From: Nitrososphaeraceae archaeon
GTDB lineage: Archaea; Thermoproteota; Nitrososphaeria; Nitrososphaerales; Nitrososphaeraceae
Direction: 5' to 3'
Length of the DNA stretch: 64,000 nt
Assembly: GCA_035250975.1 (NCBI GenBank)
Contig: DATFEP010000025.1
Coordinates: forward strand, 20,835-84,834
How positions within the stretch are numbered: position 1 is the stretch's first letter; each line of letters starts with the position of its first letter. The notes beneath the pieces are model-generated. The model had not been told where the DNA came from. It saw only the letters and a program-made list of their open reading frames with translations, and did not search any database. The position numbers were made by a program, and so were the translations under genes. This document shows positions 53,104 to 62,664 of the stretch, piece by piece.

Positions 53104-53514
53104 ATGATAAAAAAAGTTGCAAATGGTCCAACATTAGTAATTTCTGGTTCATGTATTAATTTTAACGAAGAAAGAATTAAGATAATTGAACATATAAACG
53201 AATTAGAATTGATAACACATACCAAAACTGATTACGAAGTTTCATCAGATGGCTCTTCTTTTGGATGGGACTTTTTCCGGATCTGTTTTGAGCAAAAATT
53301 TGTAGAACGAATATCCGAAATTTTTCCAGAGATGCAAAAAGAAGTAGGAGTTACTTTAGAACAACGCTTTGTAATTTGGTTATCCAAAAGATTTAAAAAA
53401 AGAAAATTAGATTATTATTTGAAACTACAAGAAATCCCGTATCAAAAAACATTAGGTTTTAGACTAGATCCAGAAAACTATCGTAATGAACAAGATCTGA
53501 TGGATTTGCGCTAA
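53104..53514 (+). CDS. Hypothetical protein
   Basis: 136-aa ATG ORF with TATA upstream. Confidence 0.7.
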   Translation: MIKKVANGPTLVISGSCINFNEERIKIIEHINELELITHTKTDYEVSSDGSSFGWDFFRICFEQKFVERISEIFPEMQKEVGVTLEQRFVIWLSKRFKKRKLDYYLKLQEIPYQKTLGFRLDPENYRNEQDLMDLR

Positions 53515-53648
53515 CTCTACTAACAAATAGGTTTTGTATCAAGTAGGTTTTATTTTATTTGTAATATTCATTATTTTCCATATTCATTTGTTAGGCACTA
53601 TGAATAATTTGACATATACTTTATAGGACACGTAACGTATTTACGATT

Positions 53649-53963
53649 ATGGGTTATGGATACGAGATAGATCCCGGAGACAATCAGGGAATATCCAATA
53701 AACAACTTGCATTAATATTTGGACTAGGTATAACAGGGATTTTTTTAGTATTTGCTATTTTTATTTTCCCGATACAAAACCTCTTTCGTGAATCAGTTAC
53801 TGAGCAAGCTATAGTAGTTAGTAAAGGTGATGGTGAATGTGTTGTAGATAGTCAAGATCATCCAAGAAGCATTCCTAACTGCAATTATGATGTTGGCGAT
53901 AAAGTACAAATCACATACAAATACGGCACTGCTCTAGTTGAGACTCATAAAAAAATAAATTGA
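53649..53963 (+). CDS. Single-TM protein with small OB-like CxnC domain
   Basis: TM segment, ECVV...NCNYDVGDKVQITY. Confidence 0.7.
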   Translation: MGYGYEIDPGDNQGISNKQLALIFGLGITGIFLVFAIFIFPIQNLFRESVTEQAIVVSKGDGECVVDSQDHPRSIPNCNYDVGDKVQITYKYGTALVETHKKIN

Positions 53964-54065
53964 TATTCTGATATTATTTTTTTTACACAATTTTTATAAA
54001 TCAAAGCTTACTCATTATAAAAAAATAAGATAACATTAAATCTTTGAACAAGGAATAATTTTCTT

Positions 54066-54362
54066 ATGGTATTAGAAGATGAATTGACCAGAATGTTACT
54101 AGATAAAATAATCCAGAATGTTATTTCATGCTTGCCCATAATAGAACAAATATCTAAGGTACAAAACGAAAGAATCAAAGAAGAGACAGGAGTTGTTAAC
54201 CAACGAGACTTTATCATAGGAGCAATATGGTGTACGATATTAGAGAAATTCCTAGTTGCTTCGTATCTTTATACTGGTAAAACTATTACTTATGAACAAG
54301 GCTTAGAAATAAGTGATTATACATTAGATAGAATTTCAAAGTTATCACTTGAAATGAAATAA
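54066..54362 (+). CDS. Hypothetical protein
   Basis: 98-aa ATG ORF. Confidence 0.65.
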   Translation: MVLEDELTRMLLDKIIQNVISCLPIIEQISKVQNERIKEETGVVNQRDFIIGAIWCTILEKFLVASYLYTGKTITYEQGLEISDYTLDRISKLSLEMK

Positions 54363-54505
54363 GTTAATAATTATCAAATGTGATAACAGGGCAATACTTT
54401 ATACCTCGAGGTTCAGATTATTTATATAAAGAACCCCGATATCGCCTTAAATTAAGAATTAAATTTATGAAAGCAAAATCTAAGTGTAATATCGAATTTA
54501 GTAAC

Positions 54506-55408
54506 CTATAAACCACTATTAATTTGATTAATTATTTTTAATGCATTTTTAGCGCTTTTTTCTTTATCTTTTACCTCCAACATGATATCTAAATCAAGAG
54601 AAGTAATTGATAGAACAAATTCCTTGAATTGTTTCATATCCAAAGTATTAGAATGTTTTCCTTTCCTTTCATTTGCTTCCTGATTACTATAATCAATCAT
54701 TATTATTCCATCTCTGTTCTTATACCATGTATCGCTAGCTCTCTGCAAGGCATGAATTAATGGCAAATTATCTCCAAAACACTGATGATGAAACGTGTCA
54801 AAGAGAATGGGTATATCAGTCTTCCAATGAATTTCTATACAGTCAGTGAAATTATAAAGGTGATCGTCATTTTCAATTACCAATCTTCTTTTTACTTTTT
54901 CAGAAAGCAAATTCTTGTAATTTGAGATGAATTTTTTCTTTGAATCTTCTCTGTCTCCATAAACTCCTCCAACATGAATTTGAACTTTTGCAGAGGTATC
55001 AAGTCTCATTAAATCCAGAACGTCTGTATGATACCCTAGTTCTTTAATACTATTATTCACTATATCTTGATTTTTTGCATTTATGAGAACGAATTGATCT
55101 GGATGCATAGATATTCTCATTTTATTTTCTTTTATCAATCTGCCAATTTTTATAAAATCCGATCTAAAATATTCTTTCCAGTCAAATTTACATATTGAAT
55201 GAGATGCAAATGGAATTATATCTGAACTTATTCTAAAAAACATGAGATTGTTTTCTATATTATATTTTAATATTTCAACAAGAGTGTGAAGATTGTATTT
55301 TATGGATTGAATCAATCTTTCTTCAGTGTAAGAAGACAATCGAAATGTCGATACCGTTTTTTTTCCAATTGAATGATTTATACACGGATAACCGATCTTC
55401 ATAAGCAA
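54506..55408 (-). CDS. uvsE: UV damage endonuclease UvsE/UVDE
   Basis: IGYPCIN, FRISSDIIPFASH, SMHPDQF, IHVGG, IENDD, DTFHH, MLEVKDKE. Confidence 0.95.
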   Translation of the reverse strand: MLMKIGYPCINHSIGKKTVSTFRLSSYTEERLIQSIKYNLHTLVEILKYNIENNLMFFRISSDIIPFASHSICKFDWKEYFRSDFIKIGRLIKENKMRISMHPDQFVLINAKNQDIVNNSIKELGYHTDVLDLMRLDTSAKVQIHVGGVYGDREDSKKKFISNYKNLLSEKVKRRLVIENDDHLYNFTDCIEIHWKTDIPILFDTFHHQCFGDNLPLIHALQRASDTWYKNRDGIIMIDYSNQEANERKGKHSNTLDMKQFKEFVLSITSLDLDIMLEVKDKEKSAKNALKIINQINSGL

Positions 55409-55667
55409 TTATTTAATACCATCTAGAAAATTAAGATTTTTCTACTTATCGAAAGACTCAATTTATTGTAAATTAAATATTAGTTTTGATAAAGATTTAG
55501 ACAAATTTACGACATTTTTTTCTTTTGAATTTGTGAATTATGTTATAATTAATCGACTTTTTTCTTTAGTTGAGTATGAAAATTTTGATGTTTGTATTTT
55601 GTAACAAGTTGGAACTATGTTAATTGTTTTACCTCTAGTTTTTATATAAATAATAACAAGATATGAT

Positions 55668-56230
55668 ATGTTGAAGCAAAAAGGTTGTAATATGGTGATT
55701 CTTTATTGTACCGTTGCTGGTTTCATTTCAGCTTGGGCAATATCTGGATTACTAGTAATTGTAGATATTGTTTCAAATACTCCTGTAGGTTCCTTCTTTT
55801 CTGTCATAGGAGTATCAATTGGAATAGAAGATCCTGTTGTGGCTCAGTATATTGGTTTTGGATTACATGTGCTAACTGGGACTGCGGCTGGAAATATTTT
55901 TGGACAAATCGCATCTTTTTGGAATAAAGTATTTGCAACTAGCATTAGACGAGGGATATCGCTTGCAGTCATTAGTGAGTATCATTGTGGATTATATTGT
56001 TCGTTCCTTTAGCTACTATGGCAATTCAACCTAAACTTGATTCTCTTGTAACCTTGGACACAAATGAGAATTTTAGAATCATTGCATTTCATTTTCAAGG
56101 GTTGTATCCAATGATCATAGGTGGGTCATTGATATTTCATATTGTGTATGGATTTTTACTCGGATTTATTGTTGGGAGAATGTCAGAACTTGATTTGTTT
56201 GTTCAAACTACTTTCAATAAAAATGTATGA
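55668..56230 (+). pseudogene. Frameshifted four-TM membrane protein (or sequencing error)
   Basis: ORFs 55668-56012 and 55985-56230 join if one base is added at ~55977 (e.g. ISGVSLWIILF); His in TM2 and TM4. Confidence 0.7.
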
Positions 56231-56450
56231 TGTCTTTGACGAAATTACAGAAAATAAGATAGTAAATGTGATACCTGTATAAAAAACTGAATATATTTAA
56301 TACAAAGTGATCTAAAAATGGATACATTAAAAAAGTCATCTACACATAAAGAGTATAAAAGTGGATGCATTTTTTGTTACTAAGGATTAAAAAATATATC
56401 TAAAATATATATTTGAAAAAAGAGTATTCAACTATTGGAGAGAAAAATAA

Positions 56451-57827
56451 TTGAAAAATAGTCAAAATCAAGATAAAAAATTACGTATTTTAGTAACAGG
56501 AGCAACTGGATTTATAGGTTCAAGGCTTACTAGAAGATTAATTGCCTTAGGAAAATATCATATTCGTTGCATGACTAGAAATCCAGATGAAATATACCAA
56601 AAGATATTTGGGTTAAGTGAGAATATTATTGAGATAGTTAGAGCAGATGCTACGAAATATGAAGAAGTATTAAAAGTCTTAGAAGATGTTGATGTGGTTT
56701 TTTATTTAATTCATTCAATGGAAGGTACATCTTTAAAATGGAAAGAATTCTCGTATAAAGATAAATTAATAGCTGAAAATTTTGCTAAAGCTGCCTCAGA
56801 AAAAAGAGTAAAAAGGATAATATATTTAGGAGGTCTAATTAATGAAATTAATAATCTTTCCGAACATATGCGAAGCAGGAAGGAAGTTGGAGAAATTCTC
56901 AAAAAATCTACGGCCAAAGTTACAGTGTTCCGTGCCGCAATAATTTTAGGAGCAGGAGGGGGATCGTTTCAAATGCTAAAATATCTAGTAGAAAGACTTC
57001 CAATTATGGTGTGTCCAAAGTGGGTTGAGACCAGATCACAGCCAATAGCAGTTGATGATGTTGTAAACTATCTTGTGAATTGTTTGGAGGTTTCAGAAAC
57101 AGAAGAAAAAGACTTTGATATTGGCGGTCCAGAAATAGTCACATATTTTGAGTTAATGAAAAGATATGCAAGCACGCTCAATAAATCATCGAGAATACTA
57201 GTTATCCCTTTTTTAACTCCGAGATTATCTTCTTACTGGATAGACCTTGTCACGCCAGTTCAGGCCTCTTTAGCAAGACCATTGATTGATAGTTTGAAAC
57301 ATGAAGCCACAGTTAAGGATGAACAAATTAGAAAATTAATACAATTTGATCTTTCTACTATTGAGCAAGCTATAAAAACGTCTAAAAAAGAATCAGATAT
57401 CAAATCAAAAATTTTAAAAATTAATGAAAAAAGTTCCATTTCATTAAACAACAAAATACTAATTATATCGCTTTTATTGCTAGCAGCAATTGGTTCAACA
57501 TATTATTTTTTAGATACACGACAAGATGTTTTTCGGCCATATTGGATCGTTCTAAGTTGTTTATGGTACTTTGGAATATTCTTTTCTATTTATTTTGTTA
57601 GATATGGAGCAAGACTTGGATCTCTCATTGCAGGAATTTTAGGATGGATAACAACAACATTTTGGTTATTAGATAACTTTCGCTTGGTTTATGATACCTC
57701 TATTATAACCTCCTCACCACCAGACTTTATAATGACTATTAGGAATTTTCTAGGGGGTGTGATATCTATTTCAGTAATATTATCGTCTCATAATGTCTTT
57801 CACAAGATAAGATTATATAAAATATGA
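56451..57827 (+). CDS. Atypical SDR/NAD(P)-binding protein (YbjT-like) with C-terminal TM domain
   Basis: VTGATGFIG, YLIHSM, SEHMRSR, QPIAVDDV, TPRLSSYW; four TM segments at C-terminus. Confidence 0.88.
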   Translation: MKNSQNQDKKLRILVTGATGFIGSRLTRRLIALGKYHIRCMTRNPDEIYQKIFGLSENIIEIVRADATKYEEVLKVLEDVDVVFYLIHSMEGTSLKWKEFSYKDKLIAENFAKAASEKRVKRIIYLGGLINEINNLSEHMRSRKEVGEILKKSTAKVTVFRAAIILGAGGGSFQMLKYLVERLPIMVCPKWVETRSQPIAVDDVVNYLVNCLEVSETEEKDFDIGGPEIVTYFELMKRYASTLNKSSRILVIPFLTPRLSSYWIDLVTPVQASLARPLIDSLKHEATVKDEQIRKLIQFDLSTIEQAIKTSKKESDIKSKILKINEKSSISLNNKILIISLLLLAAIGSTYYFLDTRQDVFRPYWIVLSCLWYFGIFFSIYFVRYGARLGSLIAGILGWITTTFWLLDNFRLVYDTSIITSSPPDFIMTIRNFLGGVISISVILSSHNVFHKIRLYKI

Positions 57828-58107
57828 TAATGTGATCTAACAATAAGAAAATTAAATCTCTTCAAAATTTAGTTTTTATTTTGAGCATATTAAAATTACC
57901 ATTATCCATTTAGTTGTTATAAAAAATATTTTATTAATATTATCGCAATTTCAATAACTGTATTGAATTAGATTAAATACTGTGAAAACCTTATTTATTT
58001 GAATAAAAAATTTTATAGTGCTATTATATTATAACCAATACTAAATTTGAACCTAAACACAAGAATTTAACATTTTAAAAAATCAAATTGAACAAATAGG
58101 GTTAAAA

Positions 58108-58983
58108 TTAAACATTTATGTATTCATTAATATGGCGTATAAAATGACTTATTGATTCGTTATACAAAATACTAATTTTGTTCTGTTTGTTTTGATTTTC
58201 TATCATCTTGTCACCTTTCAATGCAATAACCCCTGCTCCAGCAACTACTATGTTAGTTGGATATTTTTTATTTATTTCTTTTATTAGTCTTATCGTGGTA
58301 TTTTTATGTTCTGATAATGTTATGCATATTATTATTAAATTCGGACGTGTTTCACTTACATATTCAACTATTGATTCGTTTGGAGCTGATGGAGATATAT
58401 TATATACATGATATTTTTTTTCTAATAATAACGATTCAAGTATCTCGCACCCAATCTTGTGTATTTCTCCCTCTGGAGTACATAAAATGACCTTTATCGG
58501 CTTTTTCTTTTCTGTGTCCAAACTATGAAACTTGTTATTTAATATACTTATTAGGTTCGAAGCTGCGTTACTGCAAGCGTGTTCCGTGGCTACATCTAAT
58601 TCTCCCTTCTCCCACAAGTCCCCTACCTTTTGCAGTACCGGAATTAGAATAAATTCGTAAAAATCAATTAAATCAATATTCTTTGTAGTACTAGAATAAA
58701 TTTTTAATACTTCATTTATATCGTAATTAATTAGAGCTTCAAATAATCGATCTTGAAATGTCTTTTCTGATTCTATATCTCTTCCTTTATCACTAAATTT
58801 TCCAAAAAAAGATATTACATTTTCTGTTTTGCGATATTCTTCAGGAATATCATCAATGACTAATTTAGAAATATTTCCTAAATATTTGATTGTTATTTGT
58901 TTAGGTTTTTTTTCGGTCCAGACATTTTTTACTAAATAAGCATATGAATTATTTTTTAATTTTTTTACTCTGATATAGACCAT
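58108..58983 (-). CDS. Cobalamin-binding regulator-like protein (CarH/LitR-type sensor domain)
   Basis: VGDLW-x9-EH and EGEIHKIG motifs; basic beta-rich N-terminal domain. Confidence 0.85.
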   Translation of the reverse strand: MVYIRVKKLKNNSYAYLVKNVWTEKKPKQITIKYLGNISKLVIDDIPEEYRKTENVISFFGKFSDKGRDIESEKTFQDRLFEALINYDINEVLKIYSSTTKNIDLIDFYEFILIPVLQKVGDLWEKGELDVATEHACSNAASNLISILNNKFHSLDTEKKKPIKVILCTPEGEIHKIGCEILESLLLEKKYHVYNISPSAPNESIVEYVSETRPNLIIICITLSEHKNTTIRLIKEINKKYPTNIVVAGAGVIALKGDKMIENQNKQNKISILYNESISHFIRHINEYINV

Positions 58984-59064
58984 TTTTACTCAGCGCCGTA
59001 CAACGGAGGGATAGCCGATGTAATAGAATTTTTCATAATTCTATATAGCGTTCATATCTATTTA

Positions 59065-59097
59065 TACATAGTGCTAAACCTGTTACATAGTGCTAAA
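59065..59097. promoter_or_regulatory. 14-bp direct repeat TACATAGTGCTAAA x2 upstream of the B12-binding gene
   Basis: Identical copies at 59065-59078 and 59084-59097, beside a minus-strand TATA-like TATAAATA. Confidence 0.6.
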
Positions 59098-59252
59098 TAA
59101 AAAAGGAAGAAAATAAAAGATTTAATCGATAAATATTTTGCATATTATTTGGACTCGAATAAAAATAAAGTTCAGAACTATTTGTATGGATTAATTAGAT
59201 TTTTCTATATTGTGCTGTCTTTTTTAGACTGAGATTTACAGCAGATGTTCGA

Positions 59253-59326
59253 TGGGGTCGGCCGGATTTGAACCGGCGGTCTCCAGCGCCCGAGGCTGGA
59301 ATCATGCCAAACTAGACCACAACCCC
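59253..59326 (-). tRNA. tRNA-Pro(CGG)
   Basis: Reverse complement GGGGTTG...CCAGC-CTCGGGC-GCTGG...GGTTCAAATCC...CGACCCC-A; no intron. Confidence 0.95.
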
Positions 59327-59504
59327 GTAAATCATTAGATTTATTGAGGGTCAACGTGATTATTAACTTATTTTTTAATATAAAACTGAATTCACTGAAA
59401 AATATATGATATATATAATTTTTTTTGAACTACAATCGAGACTCCTTTTCCAAAGTAAAATTAACTCTTTACTTTCAATAGTCTCATCCGTTAGTTTTAA
59501 AAAA

Positions 59505-60857
59505 TCAATATCTAATTCTAGAATATATATCCTCAATTTTCCATAAATGTTCTGGAAAACCTTGAAGAGTTTTAGTTTCTCGTTTCTCATTTGTTATATT
59601 TTTTAGAATAATTCCTTCCTTGGCTAGATCATGTACAATCATTGCAGCCATCGGTAATGCACCAGTTGCGCCAGGGGAATTATAATTCAGGATATGCAAA
59701 GATGAGACATCTTTTAATAACAAAGTATCTGGGATAAATGAACCTTGATTATTTATTAAAACCCATCTTATCCCGGAAGTTCCTCTCCTATAAAATTTCT
59801 TGGGATCTATTAATGGAAGAAATTGTTTTACTCTATTTATCATGGCTTTTTTAGATATTGAACTATTAGTTTCTGTTAATAGCAAAGAAAGAAATTCTTT
59901 ATCCATAACTAGTGACCAAAACCCCTTTTTTCTTACTACTTCTTGTATTCTTGGAAACACTTCTCTAAAATTTTTTCTTATGTTGTATGCATAGGCTCCA
60001 CAAACTGGTAATGCATTTGGGCCGACCTCACAATGACCATCAATCCTCACAATCCAATGAGGATCAAGAAAGGGAAATTTCTTTTGTCTAGGCACTGTGT
60101 AAATACTACGAGACGTTAAAGATTCATATTCCTTAGGTGAAATCCAGTATTCTCCTCTAAAATATAAATTAATAAAGTCTTTTCCAATTCCGAAAGAATG
60201 TGCAATTTCAAGAGAATTTCCTCCAGCGGCGTTGATAATGTAGTCGGTCTGAATTGTTTTTTCCTTCCCTTTGTCGGATCTTAATGTTATTGTGTTTTGA
60301 CCCTCCGACTTTATTCTTTTTACCTTGTGAGAAAAAAGGATATTCCCTCCGCTAAATAAATAATCTTCCTTTAAAAACTTTGTTAGGAGAGAGTAATCTA
60401 CACTTGCATCTCTTTTGCAGTATATCGATGCCTTGCATTTGACATTCGGCTCAATTTTTTGTGTCTGATTGAAATCAAGGAGAGAAATGTCTTTCTCATC
60501 GAGCCCATTTTTTATTCCCCACTCTAAATATTTCCTTAGAGTATCTATGTCTTTATCTTCTTTTGCGATTTCTATTACTCCATCGTTTTTAAAATAAATA
60601 TTCTTAGACTGTGAATATTTTTCCCACATCTCGTATCCTATGTAAGCAATTTTTCCAAAAATTTTCTTTTTTTGTGGATCATATAAGAAAGGTGAATGAA
60701 CTTTTCCAGTGTTTCTAGAACTTGTGTGGTATCCAACATCCTTTTCCTGTTCGATGATTATTGTATTAGCTTTACTATTTAATGCCAAAAAATATCCAAT
60801 AGAAACCCCTAATATTCCTCCGCCAATAATTGCAATATTGTATTTTTTTTCTTCCAC
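59505..60857 (-). CDS. FAD-dependent oxidoreductase, L-2-hydroxyglutarate oxidase (LhgO)-like
   Basis: IGGGILG, TSSRNTGKVH, FRGEY, GPNA, SPGATG. Confidence 0.85.
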   Translation of the reverse strand: MEEKKYNIAIIGGGILGVSIGYFLALNSKANTIIIEQEKDVGYHTSSRNTGKVHSPFLYDPQKKKIFGKIAYIGYEMWEKYSQSKNIYFKNDGVIEIAKEDKDIDTLRKYLEWGIKNGLDEKDISLLDFNQTQKIEPNVKCKASIYCKRDASVDYSLLTKFLKEDYLFSGGNILFSHKVKRIKSEGQNTITLRSDKGKEKTIQTDYIINAAGGNSLEIAHSFGIGKDFINLYFRGEYWISPKEYESLTSRSIYTVPRQKKFPFLDPHWIVRIDGHCEVGPNALPVCGAYAYNIRKNFREVFPRIQEVVRKKGFWSLVMDKEFLSLLLTETNSSISKKAMINRVKQFLPLIDPKKFYRRGTSGIRWVLINNQGSFIPDTLLLKDVSSLHILNYNSPGATGALPMAAMIVHDLAKEGIILKNITNEKRETKTLQGFPEHLWKIEDIYSRIRY

Positions 60858-61054
60858 CGTTTATTTAGGATATGATAAAAGTAATTCTAATATGATTTTT
60901 TTTATTAGCAGATACGAATGTATCTAGTTTTTAGGATAATCTTTGTTACTAATACTCTATTTTGACATTATCTTTATTCTTTATTAATTATTTAATTGAA
61001 AATATAAACAGATAAGGAGAATATCCTATTTTTTATTTTAGTTTTTATTTTTAT

Positions 61055-61384
61055 TTATCTTTTGATGTCTACTTGTAAAATCTCTCCTACTTGCGGATTT
61101 CCCATAATTTGATATCTTCTTTTTGGCATTGTTATTTGTATAACGGTTTTAGGATATGTTTTAATAACTGTCTGAGGTTGTGATTTCAAAATAGCTTCTA
61201 GTAAAGGTTTTATCTGTTGTTTGACCTCATCGTCTGTTACCGTTCTATCTACAGCCTCTAATATCATCTGTTGCTGGGAAATTGGTTCTAATTCTATATC
61301 TTCACTCAAAGATAATGTAACATTGGATCCATTATCCACCAATTGTTTTATCATATACTTACTTGTTGCACCAGAATTTTCCAA
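61055..61384 (-). CDS. Hypothetical protein, arcadin-1-like
   Basis: Pattern KQLV...PL...I..S.P...G.PQVGEIL.V.I recalls crenarchaeal arcadin-1 (from memory). Confidence 0.5.
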   Translation of the reverse strand: MENSGATSKYMIKQLVDNGSNVTLSLSEDIELEPISQQQMILEAVDRTVTDDEVKQQIKPLLEAILKSQPQTVIKTYPKTVIQITMPKRRYQIMGNPQVGEILQVDIKR

Positions 61385-61488
61385 TTTTTTTACAGAGTAA
61401 AGGATAAATGTAATATTATTAATTGTTATTTTTTTTTATTTTTACAATTCAAGTCAAAATATTGACTCAAAATAATATTGTTGAATGT

Positions 61489-61806
61489 TTAAACAGAATA
61501 CATTATTCCACCAGATACAATTGGGACTTGTTCAACTTTGGCAAGTTCTTTGATCCTAGCTATTATTGCATTGAACCACAAGCTATCTATACCTTGACTC
61601 CATATTGTTATCTTTTTGTAACTTCTTTTTACACCATCGTGAAAATAGCCAGAACAATCTTCTGCGGTAATATTGCAGTATTTTTGACTAACTTCTTCTA
61701 TTACATCTGAAGCACTATCAGGTAAATACAAAATAGTTAGGGTGGGAAAGGGGATTGTACTAGACGTTTCTGTTGAACTGCTGCTATCCTTTTCGTTCAT
61801 TTTCAA
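61489..61806 (-). CDS. Hypothetical protein
   Basis: 105-aa ORF co-oriented with its neighbours. Confidence 0.65.
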   Translation of the reverse strand: MKMNEKDSSSSTETSSTIPFPTLTILYLPDSASDVIEEVSQKYCNITAEDCSGYFHDGVKRSYKKITIWSQGIDSLWFNAIIARIKELAKVEQVPIVSGGIMYSV

Positions 61807-61902
61807 TAGATTAAATATTTCCTGTAATAAGTAAATTTCGTATTCATTGTCTTGTTAATAAAACTAAAAATTCATAATTCTTCGTAGAGATATTAGAAAT
61901 AT

Positions 61903-62664
61903 TTAGGATTCTATTATCAATGAGATTATTTTCTCAAAGTTTTTCCTGTTTTTCTCCTTTTTATATTCTCTTAGATTCTTAACCATCAAGTCTTCTTTGT
62001 CAAAATCCAATATCTTTTTTATTTTTTTTGCAAGTAATCCACCTAAAATTAGAGAATGGATTACCGACGTAACATTGGTAGTTTTTCTATTGATTGAAGA
62101 GCTCTCAAAATCTATTATAACAACTTTTTTTTCATATGAGATAATTATATGATTGTCTATTCTCGTTAATTCACCATGATCAAGATATATTCCATCTAAG
62201 TGATAACATTGTTCCAAGATTTCATTTATTGCCTTTTTTACAGTCTCTTTGGAAAATAGATTATTGTAATTAGTGTATCCATCAATCCAAACAGAAATTT
62301 TTTGTCCATCTATTAGTTCCATTAGAATAAAATCTTTTTTCTGATCGACTAATTTTGGACCAATATCTAGTAAATTTGAAATTATCATCATTTTTGCTTC
62401 CTCATGTGAATTCATTCTAGGAGAATCAGTTCTTCTGATTTTTAAGGCGAGATTATCCCCTCTGTTCGTGTTTACTTTGACAACTACGCCAGAGTGACCT
62501 TTTCCAAGAATATCCAATTTATCTATTTTTGTCGGGCCAGAAAGGATAATTTCTGCCACCCCAAGTTCAATTAATTCTTTAATCCTTTCTTGATATACAA
62601 AATGATCAAATTTTGGATACGAAATTAAATGCTGCACTATTGGAGAATTTATATCAATCTTCAA
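61903..62664 (-). CDS. RIO-like Ser/Thr protein kinase
   Basis: LGKGHSGVV, ALKIRR, HGEL, IIDFE. Confidence 0.85.
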   Translation of the reverse strand: MKIDINSPIVQHLISYPKFDHFVYQERIKELIELGVAEIILSGPTKIDKLDILGKGHSGVVVKVNTNRGDNLALKIRRTDSPRMNSHEEAKMMIISNLLDIGPKLVDQKKDFILMELIDGQKISVWIDGYTNYNNLFSKETVKKAINEILEQCYHLDGIYLDHGELTRIDNHIIISYEKKVVIIDFESSSINRKTTNVTSVIHSLILGGLLAKKIKKILDFDKEDLMVKNLREYKKEKNRKNFEKIISLIIES

